64,000 nt of DNA from Diplonema japonicum (lineage: Eukaryota; Protista; Euglenozoa: Diplonemea), in NCBI GenBank assembly GCA_964019335.1, contig OZ025648.1, forward strand, positions 62,001 to 126,000. The letters are read 5' to 3'. Position 1 is the first letter of the stretch. Each line of letters begins with the position of its first letter. The position numbers were made by a program, and so were the translations under genes. Under the pieces are notes generated by a model. The model ran no database searches and was not told the origin of the DNA. It saw only the letters and a list, made by a program, of their open reading frames with translations. Below are positions 13,389-25,700 of this stretch, one piece after another.

Positions 13389-14483
13389 CAATCCTCTACT
13401 GTGCCCCTGCCATGGCTCGCGCCCTTATGTCTCCTTGAGGTTGGTTGACAACTGGTGAAGCAAGTAAAGCAGCTCTTTCTTTTTAAAAATTCTGAAGACA
13501 AAGATAGAGAGGAATTAAGAATGGGGACGGGACCGAAGAAGGGAATGAGAAAAAGAAGTGAGAAAAAAAAACAAAAAAATATATAAAAAAAAGAAGACAA
13601 GGATGAAGGTGAATGTGATGACAAAATAAAAAGAAGGGACAACTTGGGGAAGTGGTGGTGTGATGTGGGTCTCTTTTTTTTTCTTTTCTTTTTTTTTTTC
13701 TTCCTTTTCCTCTTTCAGGTCTTTTTTTTTCCTCTTTTTCTTTTTTTTTTTTTTTTCTTCTCTCTCGTTTTTCCTGGCGCACACAGAAAGGGAAGCAGGA
13801 TGAGAGGGTGCAAAATAAAATTTATTTTTATGGAAAAAAAAAGGGTTCACAAGAAACCCTTCTGTTCTGTTTTCTTCTTCTTTAGCGGAAAAAAAGAAAA
13901 AAATACCATTGTTAGTTTTGCTTGGAAGGTTTTAAACAGGCTGCAGCTAGAGGGGAGGTGGCGCCAAACACCTGATGACTTACCAAGATCTACGAATAGC
14001 ACAGGTCACCTTGTTGCCCCGGAAATACTATATTGCTGACAACTGAATCAAAAGGAGAAAAATACCAAAACAGCTCACAAGCATCTTGCCCTTCGCTCTC
14101 TTGCGTGCTTCCTGCCCCACCTCTTCTAAGGGATGCCTATTCACCTCAACCTGCATGACAAAAGAAAAAAAAGGGGAGAAATGATGACATATCAAAAACA
14201 ATTCACTACGATGGGGAGAGGTGTTAGCATCGGAGAAAGAAGAAAGAAAAAAAAAAAGCTCTTTGTCCCTTCTGCTCCTTGTTTTCTTTAAAGCAACCAC
14301 ACTACTTTGCTCACATCCCCCATTCTTTTCTTTTGTTTCTCTTTCTTTCGAAAAGTGCTTTATTGATGACAAGGAAAGAAAATGGACAGCTTTTACTTAC
14401 CCCCCCCTCCCCCCTCTTTCTTATTCACTTAAATTAAAACCTTTCCAACAAGCAACCTTCAGTAATATACATGGTCAAGGGGC

Positions 14484-16897
<2,414 letters not shown>

Positions 16898-17078
16898 AAT
16901 GAAGTTAAGTAGGAAAGGGGGAAAGTTGAAGATATGATATCACTGTAGTGTTTTAGTGCTGGCGGCGGTGTAATTTAAAAAAAGAAAAAGTGGACATGAG
17001 AACAAATGTGCACAACATAAAATAAACTCATAGTAAAAGACAATCCCACTCGAGGACAGCCTCTTGTGGTGTGAGTTC

Positions 17079-18479
17079 CTATCTATTAATGCTCCCCTTC
17101 TGGAGCATAGCCTTCGTTCCTATTGTCGCCTTTAAAGCTTTTCGTAGTCTCGACACGCGTTCTTTCTTGTATGTCCCTTTCAACTCCTGTAGCTTTTGCG
17201 CTGTCTGTCTTGATGCGAAGATCGGTCTCCTGTTAAAGCCTATTGCAGCCTTGCCTCCGATCGCTGTGAGCGACTTGACCCTCTTTGCCCCGTCCGCAGG
17301 GAAGGGGCGTCTTATCCGTCTCGTTCTGCACACTGCGTTGGCTCTCTCCACCAACAGCTTGATTCTGCGTGCCTTCCTCTGCATGTTGTAGACTCCCAGT
17401 GACTTACCGGTTGTCTCCTCAAAGTCGAGTGCAAGTTCAGCTGCCGAAACCTCCGAGTCGGTGTCGCCCTCCACCCATCGCAGCTTTCCCATCCATTCCA
17501 GTAGTGGTTCCCCGAATTGCTCCAGCAGTCCCACCACTGTCCCCAGCTGCGCTGTCGTCGGTACCGGGGTCACTTTGCCTGTCACTTCCCGCTCCCATGG
17601 TAGCTTCTTGTTGCCGCCTTCTGCCTGCATCAGCCCTTCGTCCCGCTTTTCCACCACCATTGCCAGGTATCGCTGCAGCTTCTCCAGGTGTTCGAACCCG
17701 TTCCCCCTTGGTAGGATGGCATGCAGCTCGAGGCAGAGCGGCCATCCCGTCCTGTCGCGCAGTGGTTCCATCTCCTCCCGTATCAGCTCCTCTCGTGCTG
17801 GCGGGCACTCGTACAGCTGGTGGCGTAGCAGTGTTACTGTGTCCGCATGCTTGGTCGGGCAGAGGTCACATTCAAATCCCGACTCGTCTTGTCCTTCATG
17901 CGCCGCTGGCTCGTCTTGATCTTCCTCTTCTTCGCTCCGTCCCTCGGACTCGTCGTCCTCATTCGTGGGGGGTACACACTTTGGTCCTGCTCTGGCATAC
18001 GGACTTAGGTAGGGGATCCCTCCCGCAATTACCCTCTTGATACAGAAAGCTAGATGGCGATCTTTAGCTGTCCTCCAGAGGTCATTCGTTTTGGGATCTG
18101 CTCCTTCCCCGAGTCCGCTGACCGTCTTCCGTTCCGTTGCTAGTGTCGCACTCCTGGCTGCCCTTACAGCCGCCCTGAAGGCGCTTCCTCGCTTGGGCCA
18201 CTCAAGTTCTGTGGCTATTTCCATCTTCTCCCAGTCCCATCCGATTCTCGGCATCCACCTGCATATCAGATTCCCCACCGGTCCCAAGGGGGTCCTCTGT
18301 GAGCCGTACCTCTGCACTATTTGTCGCACTCTCTGTCCAAGACCTGTCCTTTCCAGCGCGCTCGATATCACTTTTAGCGAGTGACAGATGACGTAGGACA
18401 ACGGGTCATTGATGTGTCCTTTCAGCAAAACCGTATTCACCGCTGCAGGCGATCGTCCTCGGAAGTGAGGCCCCCATAG
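17079..18479 (-). mobile_element. 5'-truncated non-LTR retrotransposon fragment (post-RT region and CCHC-type zinc finger)
   Basis: Stop-free frame of >450 codons with no ATG at its 5' end. Begins LWGPHFRGRSPAAVNTVLLKGHINDP and contains CDLC..RHQLYECP, resembling the zinc knuckle downstream of LINE RT domains. No RT catalytic motif, poly(A) tail or TSD recognised. Confidence 0.6.
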
Positions 18480-18702
18480 GTTGCAGGTAAATAAAAGATC
18501 CGGTTTCTCTAAAAGTTAAAAGTAAAAATGACCTTTTCTGTTCAGTGCTATCTTTTCTCATTTTATAGCTGTTAAAACAAAGGTCAAAAGAGTAGTGGAA
18601 ACCTGTTAATAGGATAGGGAATTAGAATACACGACAACTTAAAAAAAAGGGGGCGGGGGGGGTGGGGGATGGGGGAGACAATTCTGCGTTCGAAAAAACT
18701 TC

Positions 18703-19404
18703 TCAAAAATATTTTGCCATAAACGAAGCCTTGTTGCTTCTATATTCAAGGAAAAGTGCTGCTGTGGTGGGGTCAAGCAACTCTATGAGGGAGGCAGGGT
18801 CGGTGCTGGCCAACTCGCGCGCTCGGGTGCTACTAGCGTTGCTGAGGCAAGGCACAAAGATGTGAGGGTAGGAGGGCTTGCTGTTCATGGCTATGAGGCT
18901 GGCCACCTCTGCCCCCTCTCGATCAATGACAACAAGTCCATCATATCTCTGGTGCCCGTGGGCACAGCACCTAGAGTAGAGGTCGCCACCTGTCATGTAG
19001 AAGAGCTTTACATCTGCACTCTTTTGTTTATTCTCGACAGCCCACTTCTTTAAGAATCTCCCAATCATCGGGTGGTCCACAAACCGCTCCTGGCACAGCT
19101 CCCACTTGTCTACCTTTACCCAGTCCTGCAGACCATGCCACTCTAGTGCAGCGTCCAGCATCTTGGCCCTCACCGCGCCCTCTATGTACTCCTTGCCCAG
19201 CTTCCCTTTCACGTAGCTGTCGTGCGACGGTGACACCAAGCCACCCACCACATGGTACCCTTGTTTCTCCAGCACATTCTTCGCAGAGTTAAACATCTGC
19301 ACGTGCTCCTTATGCGGCGGGTTGAAGGAGCCTGTTGCTATCAGCACCACGTCCTTGTCCCCCTTGCGCTCCCTCTTCATCACCCATTCCCATGCTGCGT
19401 ACAT
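18703..19404 (-). CDS. NMNAT: Nicotinamide/nicotinate mononucleotide adenylyltransferase-like protein
   Basis: LIATGSFNPPHKEHVQMF (HxxH), GGLVSPSHDSY, VDKWE..Q, YMTGGDL, ASSTRAR. Confidence 0.75.
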   Translation of the reverse strand: MYAAWEWVMKRERKGDKDVVLIATGSFNPPHKEHVQMFNSAKNVLEKQGYHVVGGLVSPSHDSYVKGKLGKEYIEGAVRAKMLDAALEWHGLQDWVKVDKWELCQERFVDHPMIGRFLKKWAVENKQKSADVKLFYMTGGDLYSRCCAHGHQRYDGLVVIDREGAEVASLIAMNSKPSYPHIFVPCLSNASSTRARELASTDPASLIELLDPTTAALFLEYRSNKASFMAKYF

Positions 19405-19461
19405 GTTGCCTTTTGTGGTGTGTAATGTGACGTACGTCTTTACTGCAATACAATCTATACA

Positions 19462-21576
19462 TCATATAGCCACGGTGCTAGAAGTAGTAGGTGGCCTTAC
19501 ACGGTTCTGCTCGTAGACAGACGGAGCAGGTGTGGGCCTCCTGAGAGCCATCGAGAATGGAGGGTCTTCCCTAAGCATTGCAAGTTGCGCTGAGACGGCC
19601 GACTGGCGTGAGTCAGGGGGGTTCCTTGTGCGGGGGACTGGCAGGCGGTGGTACGGCACGGGGTCGGGGCCTCTCGGACGGCCGCCAGTCCATTTGGGGG
19701 CGATGACGCCTGGGACAGCACCGTTGGTGCCCCACTTCGTGTTGTTCTGCTTGGGGGGTGCCTCTGTGCTGTCCTGGTAGATCTCGATCTGCTGATATAG
19801 ATTCTGCATGTCCTCCCCCACCCTGTCCCTCTGTCTTCGAAGGTCGTTGACCTCGCCTCGCACCCCCTCTGCGTACAGCTCTGTCTCGTACAACCCCAGC
19901 CGTTGGATCTGCACACGCTTCTTGCACACAGTACACAGCCCTGTGGCAATCCCCTCGTCTCTCACCTCTTCTGCAGTAACATGTGCATGCCACGTATTGC
20001 TGATGTCCCCCACCACGCTCCATTTTGCGTTGACCTCATGCGGCCGCCAGCCATTGTGAGGAGCTGCGCACTCTATCACCCTCTCGTCGCCACATTTCAC
20101 CACCCACACACCGTCCTCCGACGTGATCGATGCCTTTGGCTCACGGTCCCTTTCCCAGACAGGGTTTTCTACATCCGTACCCAGCAGGTTGTACTTACCC
20201 TCTGTTTTACCCTTTGGGCCGTGCAAACCTGGCCGCACCATGCCGTTGGCTGCAACTTCCTCCCATCCACCACCCACCACCACCCACAGTGAAGAGGGTA
20301 CCTCTGGTGGAGGGTAGTCGGGTGGGTTCTGTGCTGCCAATTCCCGTTGCCGCGACTCCTCAACAGCCATTCTTTCTTTCTCGAGCCTGCCCGCCTCCGC
20401 TTCCAGCAATGCATTCTTGCTACGGGACACTACAAGTGCTTTTTCGTACTTCCCCCTCTCGTTCTGTACCCTTTCAATCACGGTCTCAAAAGTGCGCCGC
20501 TTGTCAGGCGGCAAGTCATAGGGGTCCACCTTTACGGGTGTCACGACCCCGATGTTGTTCACGCTGTCGAGTCTCTTCGCGAGCTCTTGTTCGTCGATCA
20601 TGTGTGCAGTGGCCGCCCTGCACAGCAGATCCTTCACGTCCAGGTGGCTCACCTCCTTAGTAGCCGAGGCGCCGGCAGCGGTGTCAGCGTTCAGCGACTT
20701 CCACATGGAGATGGCTTCCATGTGCCGCATGGATGGCACCGTCACGTCGGTCAAGCAGGTGAATTCCTTCAAAGTGAACGGAAGGTGACTGTCGTAGCAG
20801 ATGTTGACAAGGTCGTCGAGAGGCGCGTATGGAAGGGTCCCCCTGCCGAGGACGATGTCCCTTTCGAGGTCGAGGTTCCGCACGTCCAACTGTTGCAACT
20901 GCTTCAAAGCTGCATCTCTCTCGGCTTCTGCTTCCTCTATCTGCTCACGGTGCGTTGCAAAAGTGTTCCGTGATGCTTTTCGAAGATCTTTTCTGAGAAG
21001 CATCGTAACGTGGGGTACGGTGCGGAGCAGTTCATTGGGCGACATGACAAGGTGCACTGCGGAAGTGTCGAGAAGGACAGCGAGGTCGTCCAAGGTGGCC
21101 TTCTGAGTGTAGGGGTCGAACCTTCCACGCTTGTTCATGATGCTGTCCCAGATGACCTCTGCTTGCTCCCGACGGATGCCTTCGAAACACAGGTCCGCCA
21201 CACGTAAGAAGGTGTCGAGCGTGATGCCATGCAGCTGGTGGCCCTGCCCAGGGAGGTGCACATCAGGATAGACATCTGGACTGCGACCTTGGATATCTAC
21301 ACACGTCTCGAAAAGCTCAGCAACCGCGTCACGGTACAGCTGCTCGTCCTTAGGGGTGGAGTAGCCGAGGTCGCTCGCTGTTATGATTCTTGCGTCGTTC
21401 TTAGGTGTCTGGAAGAAGAGATCGGGCGGCCGATCCACTTGACTTGCCGCCTTATGCTTTTCCTTCCAGCTCAACCCTTGCCACACAGCGTCAGTCACAC
21501 TGTCACGTGCTGCGCTCTTATGCCTCAGCGACAGGTCAGTCACAGCTCTGCGTGCCTCATCTTCTGTGAGACTCAT
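19462..21576 (-). CDS. Hypothetical protein with coiled-coil segments and a W-rich module
   Basis: ~704-codon ORF, ATG at 21576 right after a CAG acceptor, heptad-like E/K/R/L stretches. Confidence 0.75.
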   Translation of the reverse strand: MSLTEDEARRAVTDLSLRHKSAARDSVTDAVWQGLSWKEKHKAASQVDRPPDLFFQTPKNDARIITASDLGYSTPKDEQLYRDAVAELFETCVDIQGRSPDVYPDVHLPGQGHQLHGITLDTFLRVADLCFEGIRREQAEVIWDSIMNKRGRFDPYTQKATLDDLAVLLDTSAVHLVMSPNELLRTVPHVTMLLRKDLRKASRNTFATHREQIEEAEAERDAALKQLQQLDVRNLDLERDIVLGRGTLPYAPLDDLVNICYDSHLPFTLKEFTCLTDVTVPSMRHMEAISMWKSLNADTAAGASATKEVSHLDVKDLLCRAATAHMIDEQELAKRLDSVNNIGVVTPVKVDPYDLPPDKRRTFETVIERVQNERGKYEKALVVSRSKNALLEAEAGRLEKERMAVEESRQRELAAQNPPDYPPPEVPSSLWVVVGGGWEEVAANGMVRPGLHGPKGKTEGKYNLLGTDVENPVWERDREPKASITSEDGVWVVKCGDERVIECAAPHNGWRPHEVNAKWSVVGDISNTWHAHVTAEEVRDEGIATGLCTVCKKRVQIQRLGLYETELYAEGVRGEVNDLRRQRDRVGEDMQNLYQQIEIYQDSTEAPPKQNNTKWGTNGAVPGVIAPKWTGGRPRGPDPVPYHRLPVPRTRNPPDSRQSAVSAQLAMLREDPPFSMALRRPTPAPSVYEQNRVRPPTTSSTVAI

Positions 21577-22794
21577 CCTGATGGTGGTGGTGGTGAAAAG
21601 ATGCGGAGAAGGGGGAAAAAAAATACAAAAGAGGAAAGAGGGCAAATTGTGAAACGGTTACACGGCAGCAGTGTGTCCCCTCTTTTTCTTTTATTGAAAA
21701 AGAAAGAAAAATAGAAAAAAGACAAATAGGTGGATGGGGTGTAAAAACTATTTAAAAAAAAATAGCAAACCTTGTCGTTTTGGCTCTTCTCTCAAGTAAG
21801 GGAGAAAAGGTAAAGAAACCTGCAGAAAGTAAAGTAACCATACTGCATTTGAACAAAAGGCAGAAGAAGAAAAAAAAAAAAAAACTAAAAACGGAGAAAA
21901 GAGATTCGTTTTCACTGGTTCAAACTTCGCTAAAGGTAGAACTCATAGAGGGGTACATAGAAGGGCTACATAAAAAATACGAAAACTTGCTTGGTGCCGC
22001 ACTTCTTTTTTCTTTTTCTTGTTTGCAGATTTACAATCTGCAGTTCGCGGCCAATGCCCAGTGATGGTTTTTTTTAAAGTCCATGGGGAAGGGTAGGGGA
22101 AGGGTGGATCTGTGTTCAAGAGAGTAAATTTCGTTTCGTTGCAGAGGGAAAGGGAAGAACACGTAAACGTTGAAGTTAAAAACTCGTTCACCCCCGCGCC
22201 TCATATCCTTAGCACAAGGTGCTAAGCTACAATTTTGACCAACCAAGGCTATGAGCAATGGTTCTCCGCACACGTCCCTATCCTTGCGAGAAGACGGCGT
22301 AATGAGAAATAAAAAAAAAGGAGAAAGAAGAGAAGAAAAAAAAAAACGAATACAAGTCGGACGCTCCTGAATTGTGATTATTGCAATCCTCAGGAACCTG
22401 GCTTTTCTAGTTAACCCCCCTTTTATTTTTTTTTTTTCTTTTATCCCTTTCTGCATCAGGTCTTCGGAGGTTTCCTTTTCTAGAATGAGGGGTGTACACC
22501 CGATCTAAGAAAAGGAAAAAAAGGAAGATAGGGAAATGAAGACCTGGTAGGGAAAAAAAGTGGGAAAAAAAAAAAAAGAGGGGATGAAGGGTTAGGGAAC
22601 AAAAAAAAAATTCACTATGATAGGAAACGAAGTGGTTAGGCAACGGCCCACAAAAAAAAAAAAAGAAAAAAAATCTCATTTCTGTTATTTTTTCTTCTGT
22701 CTTGAACAAGGAGGGAATTCCGTGTTGGGGGTGAATCTAAGGATGGAAAAAAAAAAAAAAAGAAAAAAGAAGAAGAAAAAAAAAGAAGTAGCCA

Positions 22795-25700
22795 TCAAAC
22801 AACGACCTGTGTGAATCTGGTGGTGTCGTGCGGCCGCCGTTCTGCCATCTGGCACAAGCCCATGTACTTCTCTATGGCATCTGTCCTCTGCTTCCGCTTA
22901 CGGGAGTACATTACGATGACAGCAATGCCCAGACACAGGACGACTGCTGTCAGTGCTACTATCATTACAAGCAGGATATTCTTCGTTTTGTTATCGTTAC
23001 TCGCGCTGCTGCCGCTTGTGTCTGTAGGCGGGAGAGGGGGTCCCGACGGCTGCGGTGTCACACCAGTCTCATTGTACTGCCGTGCCTCCCCGCACGTCCA
23101 CCTCAGCTTAAACCCCTTCGCCACCCCGCCACTGTTCGTTGTGAACCTCATCACAGTGTTCCCCTTCCATGTCACTCTGTTGGGCATCGATGTCCCGCTC
23201 AGCTGTGTGGCCACCCCGTCCTCGTCAGTCACTGTCAGCAGATCGCGCCCACCTTCCGTGTCGAGCAACAGCCATTCGATGTTCACGTATCTCGCACATG
23301 TTACTCTCCAACACTTGTCCTCATCGTTCTGATAGCTTCCTCCCCCTACTGGATAGTCGATTGCTCCACCAGCTGCACTCGTGTCCAGCACGTAGTTTCC
23401 AAAACAAGTTGCTGCGCTCCCAACACGAGCCCCGCATGTGTAGCTAAAGCTGAAGCCGTCTTTACCAATCCCCGAGTTTGAGTAGAATCGCAACTTCACA
23501 TTTCCTTTCAACGACACAGCACTAGGTATCGCGATCCCTGAGTAGCTCATAACGCTGCCTAGCCCGTCTGTAAACACCAGCATATCCTGCTCACCCTTAG
23601 TGTTGAAAGCTAACCAATTTATGTTCACGTAGTCACTGCATGTGATTTGCCAACACTTATTATCGTTAGCGGGGTACGTCTGTCCTATCGGGTAGTCTAG
23701 CCTGCCACTTGGGCTGGTAAAGTTACTTTGCACGAGGTTGCCGCAGTTACCATCGTCTCCTTGCTCCTCAGGCCCACAGGTGTATACCAGTTGAAAGTTA
23801 TTCATTGATACCAAAGAATCGCTGCTGAAGCGCATCATCACCTCACCCTTCAACACTTTCACATGGTTTGCTATGTTTGCAGTGATTTCCAGCGTACGGC
23901 CATTACCATCCGTAAGGTACAACTTGTCGTTTGCACCCTCAAAGTCGACCAACGTCCACACGAAGTGTACGTACATGTTGCATGCTAATGACCAACAAAC
24001 TGTGTCATCGTTTTGATACTCCACATCGCTATTAAGGTAGTCAACAATGCCCGATGAACCTAATTCCTTCACCTTACCAAAGCAGTTCTCCTTGCTGCTG
24101 ACTACAGGCGTCATCTCAGCAGTATCAGGACCACACACCCAGCTGAAGGAGAAGCCACTGTTCTGGCTGCTGCTGTCACTTGTGAACCTCATCAGAACGT
24201 TCCCCTGGAAAGCCCTCTCACTCGGGATGCTCGACCCACTGAGGTCTGTCTCCACGCCCATCCCGTCAGTGACCTTCAGTGTGTCGTGTGTGGACTCTGT
24301 GTCGAAGGTGAGCCAGGAGATCACAACGTACTGTGAACAGGTGAATCTCCAGCACTTGCTGTCGTCGTTCGGGTAGTCTGCAGTGCCTGCAGGGTAGTCA
24401 ACCATCCCACTCGCGGCGCTGGTGTCAACAAGGTAGGTGTCAAAGCAGTTTCCTGCTGTCCCGGTCGGAGCAGGACCACACACCCAGCTGAAGGAGAAGC
24501 CACTGTTCTGGCTGCTGCTGTCGCTTGTGAACCTCATCAGAACGTTCCCCTGGAAAGCCCTCTCACTCGGGATGCTCGATCCACTCAAGTCTGTCTCCAC
24601 ACCAAGCCCATTGGTCACCTTCAGAACATCATTCGAAGATTCCGTGTCGAAGGTGAGCCAGGAGATCACAACGTACTGTGAACAGGTGAACCTCCAGCAC
24701 TTGCTGTCGTCGTTCGGGTAATCGGCTGTGCCTGCAGGGTAGTCGACCATCCCACTCGCGGCGCTGGTGTCAACAAGGTAGGTGTCAAAGCAGTTTCCTG
24801 CTGTCCCGGTCGGAGCAGGACCACACACCCAGTTGAAGGAGAAGCCACTGTTCTGGCTGCTGCTGTCACTTGTGAACCTCATCAGAACGTTCCCCTGGAA
24901 AGCCCTCTCACTCGGGATGCTCGATCCACTGAGGTCCGTCTCCACACCAAGCCCATTGGTCACCTTCAGAACATCATTCGAAGATTCCGTGTCGAAGGTG
25001 AGCCAGGAGATCACAACGTACTGTGAGCAGGTGAACCTCCAGCACTTGCTGTCGTCGTTCGGGTAGTCTGCCGTACCTGTGGTTGAGTTAGTAAAAATCA
25101 AAAACCGTGCACTGGACCAAAAAAGGCAAGAAATGACTGAAGCCCCAATTCATTGGAATACCATTCTTAATTTCTCTCGTGTTTTTTTACTATACCCTCC
25201 CCCCCCACTATGCCTTCCATTCATCAATCTTGGCATCCATGGTACTAGGGTTTATGTGTCAGACTGAATTGGCGCCGGGTGTATAGAAGCGGGAACTAAA
25301 AAGGCACAGGGGATGCCCTCAGTGAAAACAGCCCCTCATATACCCCTCACGGGTCCAGGCAGGATCAACACCTAGGGTAGGGTCACAACAGACTACTGCT
25401 AAACGTTGCAAAATCTCACACCCGTGATATGACATTCCCACAAGTAGGGTAGGGCCGTGTCAAGAAGCTAAAGGGACTCATAGAGAAGTACCCAGGAAAA
25501 CCAGTAGAGGTCTTATCAACACCTGCGTCTTCCAAAGGGCAGGGGGACTTCGCTCTGCAAACATAATCTGCCCGCGGGCAAAATTATTCGGGGATCCTTA
25601 CTTTCTCTTGTTGTTTGTGCGTGCCGGGTAGAAACTTGGAGAAGCTTATGAACCCGTAAACACGTTGCCAACGCTCCCCTTTTGTTTAGACAAGTCAAAG

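Noticed and set aside
13972-14047. C/D-box snoRNA-like TGATGA..CTGA
   Set aside because: It is antisense to the cluster, has no terminal stem and no recognisable guide; such short boxes occur by chance.
17030-18500. Target-site duplication (TAAAAGA) around the retroelement fragment
   Set aside because: Too short and AT-rich, and the element boundaries are undefined.
22208-22395. Small hairpins downstream of the CUB gene (CTTAGCAC-AAG-GTGCTAAG; TCCTGA..TCAGGA)
   Set aside because: Stems of 8 bp or less are expected by chance, and bacterial-type terminators are not relevant in this eukaryotic context.
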